Below, piece by piece: positions 37,701 to 51,249 of a DNA stretch of 64,000 nt; the first letter of the stretch is position 1; each line of letters begins with the position of its first letter. The position numbers and the translations under genes were made by a program. A model generated the notes under the pieces. It was not told where the DNA came from. It searched no databases and saw only the letters and a program-made list of their open reading frames with translations. Origin of the DNA: Cenococcum geophilum. Lineage: Eukaryota. The DNA lies in assembly GCA_050273025.1 (NCBI GenBank), contig CP158636.1:10106001-10170000 (forward strand), read 5' to 3'.

Positions 37701-40700
37701 CTGGTCACCTTAGTAAGCGCGTAATAGTTATAGATATACCGGCCACGATAGAATTATTACTTGAGGTATATTTATAAAGTTGTACCAAATTATTCGTCGC
37801 TAACTAAGAATTAGGATCCCGCCTTATTAGATTTTATAGAGTTACTACTAAACAAAGCTGTTTTAAATCCTTAAATTCAATTTGCCTAGTGTTAAATTCT
37901 ACTATTTTTAGGACTAGTGCCGTTATGCACTATCCTTTAAAACCTAAACTATTCGGTTTATCTAAAAATGGTTTTGTATAATATAAGTAGCATAGGCTGC
38001 CGCATCCTAATATATAACACTAATACGTCCACCCAAACTTTCTATAGCCGTAAGCCCCTTTACTAGTTATCTGCTAATCGGGGGTAGGTGGAAATTTATA
38101 TATAGGCCGCTATACACAAGATAAATTATAATTTCATATTTTGTACGACTGCTGGCGCACCTAAATAACTATATATATTTTGGATGCCCGTATTTAAAGG
38201 CTCTTATATACTGGTCTATATACTCTCTTAATATTAAATTAAACAAACTACTAATAAGGGGTAGCTCTATACTTACTCAAACTTTCTCTTATCTAGAGTA
38301 GGTCTGTACTTATATTTAGGCCAATATAGGCAGTAAAAGAGACGGTCTGCTCTAAGGGGGATCTAATAGTAGCGGTATTAACGTCTCGGTGGCCTATTAG
38401 CCGGATTTATTTAACTTCTTACCTTAGTCTCAGTTCCTATATTGGCTTATCTAGACCGGGGATTTATAGGATATTTAGTAATTGTTATAGAGGATTATAA
38501 ATGCCTTTTAATATATAATTGCGCCTAGTTAGTAGGAGAAGGAATACCGGCCAAAGCTATAAAGGGGGGAGTAGGGGGCGGGGTAAATAGGAAATTGGGC
38601 CCATATCCTGAATTACGTGTAATTAGCAATTTATATATATTAATAAACTAAGGAGGATTATAAACATACCTATAAATAAACTTAGTTAAAGAAAGTATCC
38701 CTATTAGGAAGGGGTAGTATTAGAAGGCGTTACTAGAATATAAATATTGGGACTATTAGGTAGAGGGCTAGGTAGGTATCCTACTAACTAATAAACACTT
38801 AATATATATTAGTAACTAAAGTATGCTAAAGATATATTAACTATTATATTTAAATGGCTATACCAGAGTACCTATTACTAGTTAGGAATTGGAACTTAAT
38901 TTTACTAAATTAAGGTTTGTCTAAAGAGGCGCCGCGATATAGTTTAGGGCCCAATACGGGTTTTATATATAGTCTCTTAATTTGTTCTTCTTAATAAATC
39001 TATTACCTTTTTAAAATTTCTTACATTTTAAATATAGGCAGAGATAAGACTTGTGGTCGCCGCGTATTTTATAGGCGTTTCTTTTATAGTAATAGAGGTT
39101 ACTAGAAGTTGATAAAGTTTTCTAATAACCCTTAAATCCGCATTAAACCCCTAGTATTAGAATTAGCCCTATAAATAGCTAGCATTAAAGGTATTAACTT
39201 GTCTAGAAAATCTAGAGATATAAATAAATAATTTACCTATATAACGAAATCTGTTTTAATTTAAAGAGGAAGAGAAATTGAGGTTAATATAAGGAAGAAC
39301 CCTACTAGCTCTCTATAAAGTACTATTAGCGTTAAGTAATTACGCTAAAGGCTTATTAGATATAGGGGGGTTATAAAAAAGGCTTATATTGTCCATTATT
39401 AAGATCTCCCGCAGATTTATTAAATAAGGTCCCGACGGAAACTAATAGGGGGGAATGGGCTTATACTTACTATTTCTTAGCCTATAACCTATAGCATTGG
39501 GTAAGAGGTAGATATAGAAAAAGGAATATTATATTTAAGTTAGCGTTTATAGTCTATATTACGGTTAACTCCTTAATTAAACGTATTTATTTAAATTAAA
39601 GTAGCTGGCTGTAAATATATATGGTTTATAGCCGTTTATCTTAAAGTCTATAGTAGGGTGATTCCCGTAGTATATATATTGCATAATAACTATTTTTAGA
39701 GCCTCTACTAGATTGATTTCAAGACTACGTAAAGGATTTATACTGCGCTTAAAAACCGTATACTTTAAGAATTTACTAGATTTTATAAATTTAGCGCGCT
39801 AATAAACTTATATATATAGAACTAAGAAAATTATATAATAACTATAGAGAAGCGTAGACTTAAGTCTCTAACATTTAGTTAGGATGTAGATTATTAACTG
39901 TCTCCTATTATCTACTACCGATAAGTTATATACCTATAAGTAATATTATATCTTACCTCTACTTCTAAGTTTTTAGTTTTTCTAACTAGTCTCCCTAAAG
40001 GATATATCTATTTATCTTAACCCTAAGAACCTAAAGATAAGATATTAACTTAGTATATACAAATAATAACTAGATAATTAAATACTTATATAAGCAATAT
40101 TATTTAATACCGTACTAAGATATAGCCTAACTGGATATTATTAAGTAACCTCTATCGCAACATTATTCGCGAAGTCTCTAAACCACTCCTTGCGAGATTG
40201 ATAATCTTTATTCTCTTTAGGTTACTACTCCGCCTAGTTTACAGCCTTTATTATAAGTATTATAATATATTTAAGATATAGATCTCCATTAAAATCCTCT
40301 TGTAGCGGTTGGTATTAAAATATTCTTTAGAAAGTGTAAGAATAAAGAGGGAGGTATTCTACTATCTCTATTATTAAGTTAGCGTTATTCTACTTATATT
40401 AAAGTGACTTAGGATGAGGAGGAAGGTCTTTAGCTAGACTTTATAGTTTAAGAATTAAGTTAACCTTATTTAGCTCTAAATTAGACACTAAAAAGTCTTT
40501 AAAAGAAGTATTAAGATTCCCAATAAAGATAGTAGAAGAGTAGAATATAAAAAGTCGAAAAGATAGACTGTTAGGGAGAGGACTGCTAAAGGAAGCATGG
40601 GGAGGCGTAATTTATTAGCTAGATAAGGGCACTATCGGAACTGTTATGGATAGGTACTTTAGTAAATCAGTCTAGTAGCGCTTCATTGCTAATTTAGATA

Positions 40701-41429
40701 GGCAGTAGCTCTATTAGTTTAGGTAGTAAAATAAAGGTTAGACGGATATTATATTTATCAACTTAATTTAACAAACGACTATAGGAACAGAATTGCAGAT
40801 TTTTTATATTATAGTGGAGGTAGTCTAACCAAAATATAAGAAAGTTAATTGTAATTGCGTATGGAGATCTAATCTACTAATAGTGGGAATTTGTAACACC
40901 TATAACTACTATCGAGATCTAGCCAGAAAAAATATAAGATGAATATTAATTGCATGACGGTGGTCTCTATTTTCTCTATTTTTTTAGTTCCTCCTAGCTT
41001 AAAGAACTGCAGACTTATAACGATGTTATAGTTTTTATTAAAATCGTTATAGGTATGGAAATACATTTGTTTTTCCTTGCTAAATATACAAATTGTTTTA
41101 TAGGCGATATTGGTTATAACTTTGCTATCTAAATAAAAACGCTAAAGAAGCTTACGGTAAGCTACCAACCCAAATAGTAAATCTCTCTAAAGTTGCTCTA
41201 CTTAGGCTTTAGTGGCGCTAGATAATAAACTAGTAATATAATAAGGGGGAACATTTCCCTATATAATCTAAGAGTATAGATAATGGTGGACTCTATCTAG
41301 TAACTTAGTCTTATAAACTGGCAAAAGAAGAGGAGAAGGAGGAGGAGAAGGAGGAGAAGAAGTCAATTCTATATCTATATTAACAGATAATTTACGAACA
41401 GTTATTAAGCGTAAATCAATAGTTAATAT

Positions 41430-42373
41430 ATTACCCCTACTAGTATATTAATCTAGGGGAGAAAACGGTTTAAGGTGTCTAATATTACTATATAGTATAA
41501 TGCAAAGGTTTAAAACAAATATTATTAAAAAAAGGGCCTATAAATATTAGTAATTAAAAGAGAAGTAGTTCGTAAAAATATACCCAGTCTATATTATAAC
41601 CTTATTCCGGGAATTTCGATAACACGCCTATAGCTATACTAATCGCGATAACAAAAAATCCATATAAGCCGGCTTGCAGCTAACCCTAATTTCTAATTAT
41701 TACAGCTTATGAGCCAAATATAGACTTGCAGTGGTCTATGTAGAAGAAAAGGATAATTACGCTCCTAAGGAGAAGGTTAGCTAGTATTTCGCAATATACC
41801 TTAGTTTTTATAGCAGTAGTTCCACTTTAGCAAAGTCAGTATCAGAGCCCTAATTTAGAATTTTCACATATATAATCGCAAAAAATATCGTTAAAAATAT
41901 CCCTAGTACTATAATAACCGAACTCCTAAGCAGATATACCTATCTTAGAATACCTATAAGGAATATATTCTTTACACTTAAGGGAAGAAAAAAGACTGCT
42001 ATAAAAATCTATATAGGTATTAGTTATACATAAAGGACTTAAGCTTTATACTTACCTCTAAAGTAGTTATAAAAAATAAAGCGGCCTTTAAAAGGGCTTA
42101 GTTTAACCTATCCTACTATCTAATACCTAATAATAATCCGTATACTATAGTAAGGATAATAAAATGTACTATGTTACGAGTAATTAAATAAGGCTTAATA
42201 TAGGTTATAAAAGGGCTTTTAGCAACAAGAATGGTATAAGTATTACTAAAGGTTGCGACTATACAGGCTATAAGTATAATAATAATAAGGGGAAGAACAG
42301 AATCTATATCAATAAGTATACTATATATTGGCCCAATGCTTAAGCGGCAAATTGTGTATATGGGGAAATGCAA
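41430..42373 (-). pseudogene. Relic multi-pass membrane protein with introns
   Basis: Several hydrophobic segments (VLPLIIIILIACIVATF; IFIAVFFLPL; VIIVLGIFLTIFFAIIYV; AGLYGFFVIAISIAIGV); GTAAGT...CTAAT...TAG intron at ~42055-42009. Confidence 0.5.
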
Positions 42374-43002
42374 GGTAAAAGAAAATTGGTAAGGTCTTAA
42401 GGATAATAGGGTAATAAGTTAATAATATAATGTATATCTCTAGCCCCTAGGGCGTAATTGCTCTATATATTACTAAACATCCGTCCTCCCCTACTGTAAT
42501 ATTTGAGATTTAGATATACCCGAGGATTTATTAATAACTGCCCTCCCCTAAAAGCCAACGTTGGCTTCCCTAACAAAGGGGTATCGCTATAGTAATTACT
42601 TCTTTTTGGGGAGCGCTTATAGAGTATACCGTAAAGCCGAAGAAAGACATTACGGCGTTAATGTGCCCGTTTAAGAAGGTATGCCTATAGCTTATAGGTT
42701 ATAACCTCTAGTAAAAACGTCTTTATTTTATAGGGATAGTTTATAGAATGCTATAAGACGATATTCTTAGGCTAGGTCTACGTATTAACCTAGCTAATAA
42801 CTATATTAAAACTTAAGGATTAAAGCCCCTAGGCTATCTAAAAAAAACATCGCTATAGCTTAGAGTTTTCTTAAATATTACGTTAGCTTCCGCTATAGGT
42901 CCGATTTTGTAAATCTTTTAAATGCTAGCACTGCTATATTTTTAGTCCTATTATATAGGAAGTATATACGTCCATTACGTTCTAAAAATCGGTTGGTGGA
43001 CA

Positions 43003-43062
43003 TTAGGCTATGCTAAGGCGCCTATTTTATAGTCATAAAGTAAACGCCTTAGCACAGCCTAA
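43003..43062. repeat. 28-bp-stem inverted repeat (hairpin)
   Basis: TTAGGCTATGCTAAGGCGCCTATTTTAT-agtc-ATAAAGTAAACGCCTTAGCACAGCCTAA; all four mismatches are transitions. Confidence 0.85.
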
Positions 43063-44853
43063 ATAATATAGGCTTCCCTAGATATCTTTAACAACCTTTT
43101 TATACTTATACCTACAGCGCCTTAATAATAGGCGCTGACATTAGTAAGCCTAAATTTTAGCAGTTTAAGTCTTTATTACTTAATAAAGCTCTTATAGACG
43201 AAGAGGTAACTAACTAGGTCTTCTTTAATATAAATTTACTAATACGTCTATTAGTTTTAAAGTCTTATTGCTTTATTAGCCTAGACACTATACCTAAGAG
43301 CTAAGTAAGCCTTAAGGTGTTTAGTCTTAGATAAATACTTAACGTCAAGCACTCCTTTAAGCAATTTACTAGTTATAAAGTCTTTGTCTAATACCTAAAG
43401 TCCTTTACTAGACGACTTCTTAGTATTAAGCACTCCTTAAAGCAAGTCACTAGTTATAAAGCCTTCGCTAGATAAAGCCCTCTTGCTAAATACTAACCTT
43501 TAGTGCTTACTAAATATAAAGGAGGAGTAGCTCTATATTTCTAATAGTATTAAAGCCGACTACTTAGAATAGATTAAGGATTTAACTTATCTCTTCTAAG
43601 TAACCAGAACCGAAGAAAAATCAGACGCTGATATTAGCCGTCTCTTAGGTGCGCGATATAATGCTACCATTCTATTAGCGAAGAATGCTATTATTAATAG
43701 AATCCGCTAGAGATTCTTAATACTGTTTTATTACTAGTTATATTAACTGCTACTAAACTATGCTATACTAACTAGGCTTATCTATAATGCCACTAAGGCC
43801 AGTAGAAAAGGGGTATAGGATAATATAACAAATTAGGTTATAGCTAGGGGGAAGTTTAATAATTTAAAAGTTCCTCTAGGTAGTTATAGGTTCCTACTTC
43901 TACTTCTAAAATTAATTAGCAATAATATATAAGTCTCCAAAAGTATAAGAATGTTAAAAAAACTAAAAAATCTAGGTAGGCTTGCTTGCTAAATAATAGT
44001 CCTAAGCTTAAGGTAGCAGTCTTAATTCTTATAACCTTAAAAATTAAGGATAAAGTGGAATCTGTAAAAGCGAATAAGCTTAGTGTACGAATTTATAATA
44101 GCTTACTATAACCATTCAAACCTGCTTTAGTTTATTCCGCTTAGCTAATTTAAAATATAAACTCTCTTATACTTAAGCGGCCCTTATATCTAAAGGCACA
44201 ACTAGGGCCTTATAAAAAGGTTTATTCTATTACCTACTCTACTACTCTGATAAGTGCCCAAGGCGCAGGTCCGGCAGCGTAGTAGATTACATTTAGCGAT
44301 TAAAGCTAACTAAGGAGTTACGTCCTAACGCTAGAGTTAGGCTTTATCCTAGGTATAAGTGGACAGAACTAATTACCTATCCGTTAGTACTCTTTCTAGT
44401 CTATATTTTAAGGTCGCTAACTAATATTATAGAGGGAAACGCATTAAGTGTACTAGGGATTTCTTAGCTAATTAAACTACGTACTTGCTTAGGCCCTACC
44501 GGACTTAAAGTAAATAATTTACTAGAAGGCGTGTTTTACTAAGGGATGAATACGAATTAGAATTACCTATTAAATTAGGGAATTTATAATAGGGGGGGAT
44601 TAGATACACTTATAGCTGTTATAGGTCGTTAGGCAGAGAGTATATAGATATATAAAAGTAGAGCTATACTTCCGAATAGCAGAATCTCTAATTTATTATA
44701 GGCCATAGAATATCTTCTCTATAATTAGTTAGATAATATCCTTAAGCCTTTAAGCTAGTATGCGAATCCCTTATAATCCCCCCTAATTAAGAACACTTAT
44801 TATAAGATTTCCCCCCGCCTTTTAATACCCGCGGCAACCTTGCGCAAATTTCG

Positions 44854-45235
44854 CTAGCAAGCAGCGATAGTAAAAAGACAAGTTTTACTGCTCTGCGATG
44901 GGCATATAAGGGTCGCACCGCTACTAATATACTACTAGCAAGCGGCGACAATATAAAGACGAGCTTTAATAATCTGGAATAGGGATACAAGGCTAATACC
45001 ACCATTAACATTCCGCCAGAAAGTAACAATAGCGAAAAGACAAGATTTAATGCTCTGCAATAGGTATATAAGGGTTACACCGCTACTAATATACTATTAG
45101 CAAGCAGTAGCAATATAGAGATAAGCTTTAATAATCTAGAATAGGGATATAAGGCTAATACCGCCATTAACATTCCACTAGAAAGTAGCGACAGCGAGGA
45201 GATAAGGTTAATGCTCTATAATAAATATATAAGGA
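44854..45235 (+). repeat. Tandem 81-bp (27-codon) repeats with a 162-bp higher-order period, likely the coding tail of a relic gene (~43250-45240)
   Basis: CTAGCAAGC(A/G)GCGA at 44854 and 44935; AAAAGACAAG recurs 162 bp apart; reads as ASSDSKKTSFTALRWAYKGRTATNILL / ASGDNIKTSFNNLE*GYKANTTINIPP. Confidence 0.85.
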
Positions 45236-45299
45236 TTACTTCTATACCTAAGTTTTAAACTCTTAATATAATATAATTATTTGACTATTTATAAAGCAG

Positions 45300-47300
45300 A
45301 ACTAGCAGTAACACCTAAGCTTATAAGAGAAACCGTCACAATTACACTAATACCGCCTCCGCTCCCTTTCTATTTAATATATCGCGGCCTAGCCTAGCAA
45401 TAACCCTAACCGCTCTTAACCTTTAGAACTTTATCACTATTTAGGACCTATAAGTCCCTATAATGGCTAAATACCAACGTGCAAATAACCAACTTATATA
45501 GGTAATATATCCGAGTATACTTCCCCGTAAAATAGAGTATTAGGCCTATTATAAGGGAAATATTATCTACTTTAACCCCTAGCCTATAAAGTATTTCTAG
45601 CATCTTTAATCTTAGTATCTTATTTATATTAGCTGTCCAACTTACTATAAAAGTAGGCTGAAGTAAACGTATATTTATGGCACGTTAGCGCGCTTAAGAG
45701 CTTTCCCTAGTCTCCTCTAGACCGATAAAAGGGTTAGCGGATGTTTCGCTAGTTTATATAATATTCTTAATCGTCTTCTTAAGGCTAGACCGTGCGAGGT
45801 CTATATACTTCTCTTTAATAACGGGTATAACAATATTGCTCTCTAGGAGAGCTTTTTTAGGCGGTCCGTTCTTACTTATACTTATACTATTATATCTAAA
45901 TTTGGTATAAACACTACCGGGAAATTTAACTTAGTAACAGGGCAGGCGGTTTAGAGGGGTAGGTTTTGTTAGGCTTTTTGCTTTTTAACCTCCGCTAGGC
46001 AGTAAACGTATATAGATATTAAAATACTTAGCATCTAAAACAAGCCTTAAATATTTAACGCCCTAACGCTTAAGTAAACGTTACTATTAACGCTTAGGCT
46101 TTACCATTTTTATTAGCGAGGATTTAGTAGTAATGTTTTTAATACCTTAAATATACCGCTAAAGGTAAGCAACTATATAACCCGCGTCTCTCTACCTATA
46201 ATAGGCTGCTAACCCCTATTTTCTATAGGCATGCTTATAACGCCCCTTCTCGTCCTCTATAACATTTAGCAGCCTAATTTAAACCCTATATATGCTCTAA
46301 TAGGAACTATCACACCATATAACCTTTAAACGATCTCCGCTATATATAGCATCCTATAATTAATATGCATAATAGCTACTATATAGGCCGCTATATATAT
46401 TAGACGCCTAATATCTTATCCTATATAAATGTATTTATACCGCCCTTCCTATTCTTTATAATATTTAGTGGCCTAAACTTTGTATATAATTATAACAAGA
46501 CCTACTAACGGCATATAGTACGCAACCTTTAACTAGTCTTTATTACGCGTGGCATCCTCTAAACAATATATATATAGCTATTAATTTCGCCTACTAATTC
46601 TAATTTAATCCTAAAGGCAATACTTATAGGCAAGTAGCTCTACGACTAGCGTCTCTATTTAGAATAAAATGCTTATATATCGCCCTCCGCAGTCGCATAT
46701 ATAAATTCTCCCTAAACTCCCTTATATTTAGTGCCTCCTAATTTACGCCCTACTCTAAGAATACTATCATTAAGTAGCGTACGCTTACTGAAACCGGCAA
46801 TAGAGTAAAAAACTTAAAGGCGGCGCAGAATAGGCTTTTATAGATATATTTATAGCGTCTTCTCGTCTTATACCATCTAGCAATCCTAATTTAAGCCTTA
46901 AATATTATTTTTAACCTTTATCAATCTTTACTATCCGCAACACTAATAGTAGCCCTATATTCCATAAGTATCTAAAGCATAGCTAGGCGCGAGGCAGTAT
47001 TTATATAAGTTTTTTATAGCCTTATAGTCTTTAAATATATATCGGTAGCACCTCCTATCCGCAATCTAGCCTTAACAATTCCAAGACAAACACTTACTGG
47101 TTTTCGTTACCTACCGCGTATATATATATAGGTTAGGTTAATCTTTCTAAGCCTAAGCACACCGTAATTAGCGCGCCCTTTACTATCCTTTATACGTTAA
47201 AAGCTAAGTTTTAAGTCAGTGCCATAATATAAAAGGCTGCTAAGAACCCCGTACCTTCTTTACTAAATCCTTTACATTACGACCCACACCTTACAATTTT
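45300..47300 (-). pseudogene. RIP-inactivated orphan gene(s)
   Basis: Long degenerate frames, e.g. DIRRLIYIAAYIVAIMHINYRMLYIAEIV*RLYGVIVPIRAYIGFKLGC. No domain recognised. Confidence 0.35.
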
Positions 47301-49830
47301 AGTAACAGCACCAGTCACTACGCGCTAATCTTGACAATTTATACGTTTCTACCTCTAACTAATATTTTCTTAAGCTGACATTAATAGAAAACTGTAGTTT
47401 CCTTACTCCTATTGGCACAACTATATTAGTATAATGCCGTTAACAATAAACTTTAAACTAGTTCACTATTAGTTTACTAATATTTACTTTTGCTATATAC
47501 CACTAATGTTTTATAGTAATGGCTAAGGCTATATTTTGGGGATATTGGGATATATAAATTAACGTTTAGAATAAGGTAGTTAATGGCCACCGTTATACTA
47601 TTGCCGTAGTTTAATTACATAGTCGTATTATCTCGTCTAAAGAGTATTACTGTAAATGGCAGCCAATGGCCCCTTATTGCGGCAACGGTTAGAAGGGTAT
47701 AGTTAAAGTCTTATTTTACAAACTAAAAGCAAAGGCGGCCTTAAAATTTAATACTACTAGCTAAGCTAAGCTTAAACCGAAAGCAGAGGCGGCCCTAGAA
47801 TTTAATTAAGCCACGCTAGTTAATTACTAGGCTTTCCATAGGAGTAGCGTCTTTGCTACCACCAATGGATTCTTAACTACTCTCTAATAATTTATTTCAC
47901 GTAATATAATACCGTTACGCCAATCTAATATCTAACTATGTGTTCTTATTTTCATATAGACTTATATATATAGTAATGTAATAGAAGCTTCTATATAAAT
48001 ACTACCCTATTAATAGCTAAGAGCTATTAGGAGTCAGAATAAAGCGTACCTGGAATTAACTACCGGCTAAGAATATTTCCTAAATCTACCCAGACGTCTT
48101 ATATCTCTGCCACCAAAATCCCCTTTAAGTACCTATCTCTGCTATATAGTAAGAGCTTAGTGCACAAAATTAGTAATATTAGCGGTTAGGTTACTTTATT
48201 AGTTTGGTTTAATATCTTAAGAGTAACCAGTTTAACGATTTTATTAGCTTAATTAGATCGGTTTTAAAGCTTTTATAATAACTAGGTAACTAGGTAACTA
48301 ATAAAGCCTTATAAATCTAAATCTAGTAAGACTCTAGTAAGGCCAAACACTACCTATAATTTCTAAATATGCGTATATTGGCTTATAATTGTAATTGAAA
48401 GTAAGGCGTTTTAAGACGTCGTCCGATTTGATCCGTATAATATATTAAGGTAGCCATCCTAATCCAGTATAGTAGAAGTCGATTAATCTAAGGTAGTTAA
48501 TCTAATTAAGGCCTCCTTAGTGCGTTACCCTTATCCCTTACGCCGTTAATATAGGCGTAATAACTAATAAGCCAATTAGAACCCGTATATTTATCTAAAA
48601 TAAGTTACTTAGCCTTTTTAGCTTTATCCGTTAACGGTATATATATAACGTTCCACACTTTACTTAGGACTTACCTCTTCCCTATTATATTTGTTAGTTA
48701 TTTTGGCTATTATTATACATTTTCTCTTAGTCCATTATACTATTAAACAGTTAACTATTAGGCACTAAACACTAACGAGCTGAATATTAAAGATCTCGTT
48801 TTCCCCTCTTATAGCCCTTCTTAGACGTTAAATACCTTTTTTTTAACTTGGCCTAGAGCCTAAAGTTCTATAACCTAGAAATAAGGCAGCTATAACTCCT
48901 CTAGGTCACTCTCTAGATATAAAATCTTCTTAACGTTCTCGTACTTAGATAAGACATTCCTTAACACTAAAGAGGAACGAACTATACAACCTTATAAAAA
49001 AGAGTACTACTTTATACCCCCCTTATAGAAACCTATTATATTAATTTAGATCCTTCTCTAATAAGCACTAAAAGATATCTATTAGCCTAAATTAGGTTAT
49101 CTTATTACTAACTTAGCAACCTCCTATTAACTTAGTTATTAACTTAATTATTAACTTAGTTATCCGCATCGCTATTAAAGTAATATTTCTTTTAGCCTAT
49201 ATAGCAAGAGGGCCTAGTTACGTATAATAGGGGATTCTTATTTAGCAAATTTGAAAGCTAGTTAGGGATTTTAATATATATAAAACCAAGACCCCTAAGA
49301 CTAGAGACTTTACATTTACATTAGTATAAAAATACTAATTATCGAATTAGATCCTTAATATCGCTAAGTCTTAATATACTTAATTCTTGACCTAGTGTCG
49401 TCGTTTATAACGTGCTGGCCGCGCTATAACGATCATCTAACTATAGTTAAGGTGTGAATATAATATATAGCTACGAAATCAGGCCTCCCGCCGGCGTATA
49501 AGCGCCTTCCTTTTATATTAAATAGCATTTGGTAGCATCTCTTTAAGCTCGCATATATACCCCCTTAGAGGTTAAGTATTAGGTAATACTAAGCAGATAC
49601 ATAAACGCACGACGATAAATTAGTATAATGCGTACGGCGACAATTTCTAGGCTAAATATATAATCTAGATTAAAAGAGCCTTCTATAATATAGGTCTAGT
49701 CCTATAATTTAATACAATATAGCTTTAGTAGTTATTTATATGTCTAGCTCCCTAGTGTTAAAATATCTCGACTTTATTTTTTCTAGTATCTTTTAACTTA
49801 GAAACTAAGAATTATACTAAACGTTCCTAG

Positions 49831-49886
49831 TCCTCCTCCTCCTCCTCCTCCTCCTCCTCCTCCTCCTCCTCCTCCTCCTCCTCCTC
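49831..49886 (+). repeat. (TCC/CCT)n microsatellite, ~18 units, probably a poly-Pro tract at the N-terminus of a relic gene (~49800-50770)
   Basis: Directly visible. Followed by ACT/GCT/GCC runs and a long frame TAVATAPRVLFRDNTV*LFKPKFYVNLDLLKTIRSYL... Confidence 0.85.
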
Positions 49887-51249
49887 TTTATCCTCCTCCT
49901 CCTATTACTACTACTACCGCTACTACTACTACTGCCGTTGCCACTGCCCCTAGGGTTTTATTCCGAGATAATACGGTATAGCTATTTAAACCGAAATTTT
50001 ACGTAAATCTGGATCTATTAAAAACAATACGCAGCTATTTAAACGTTAAGACACCTTTTAAGCTTATATTACTTATAACTTCGTATCTATATAAGAACAG
50101 TCTTAAGTGTAAAGTAGAGTCTTTCCTTAAGATAATAAAGAATATTAATAACGCCGCAGTAAGAGAACTTTATAAGAAGGTAATAAAGAGTAATAATAAA
50201 GTAAGGGCTCTTATTAGTGCATTACAGAAACATATTATTCTTTCTTTAAAGAATATAAATAAGATGAATAAATATTGCTTTAAGCCAAAACTTTACTAAG
50301 AGCTTTAATTAATAAAGCATAGAGGCAAGAAGATTAGTGTTAGCGTAGATAGGGAATGGTATTATAGTGAGCTTTAAACTTTCGCCTTAGCTTTTAGAAT
50401 TAGACCGCTACGTTATAACCTCACTATTGTTATAGATGAAGTAATAGACGGTCTCCCCGTTATTAAGTATAAGGTTCCTTAAAAAAAGTGGTTTTAGGGG
50501 TTAACTCTAGTAAAGTTCTAGAAGGAAGATTCCCCCCTATAAAATATACCTACTTTAGATAAAGAATATAACGACGTAGCTAGAGATATAGATAGCGCTG
50601 CGTTATTAAAGATAGTGAAAATCTAAATAAACTAGTTAAGGAGTTGGGGGGTATAGGACTTAATAGTGGCTAAGGGGTTTATACTGCCCAATCCTTTAGG
50701 TTCCGCAATACTAAATGATTTACTTTTACTTACTAAATTACTTAATATGGAAATAGCTTCTTAATTTCAGGTAGGTTAGGGACTTTAATAGGCGTAGGAC
50801 TAGAAATTATAAAGCTTAAGACCGTAGTTTTGCTTTAGTATAAGAATATTAATTATAGGATTAAACCCTTAATATTGCTAAGCTTTAATGCACTTAATAT
50901 ATAGCCCCGCTATTCGCGATATACTAGCTACAGAGAAGTAAGGGGTATTCTCGTAGTTGGACGTAGTTAACTAGTAGCTAAAGGTATTTAGATAGCAAAG
51001 ATATGCCTATATACTTAATGCGAGAAATCGTTATACCAGCTATTAGGAGCCTAGTACGCAAATTATTATATATAAGCCACTAAATACAACCTTATCCTAC
51101 TGTCGCGGTATTCTAAAGCAGTTTCGCTAGTGGATAAAAGGTAGACAAAGAGGTAGTATAAGTTAAGAAGCGCTTCCCTCTCAAACTTTAGTTTCTAGAG
51201 CTACCCTCCTATAATATGCACGTCTTTAGTTAGCCGCTAAAAAACAAAA

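Noticed and set aside
43115..43150. Helitron 3' end (hairpin plus CTRR)
   Set aside because: The hairpin is present, but I saw no convincing CTRR terminus or Rep/helicase relic.
47900..48110. Possible HMG-box-like relic (ELLGVRIKRTWN*LPAK); a similar hint at ~58100-57940 on the minus strand
   Set aside because: The resemblance rests on a few residues around one Trp; too weak without a profile search.
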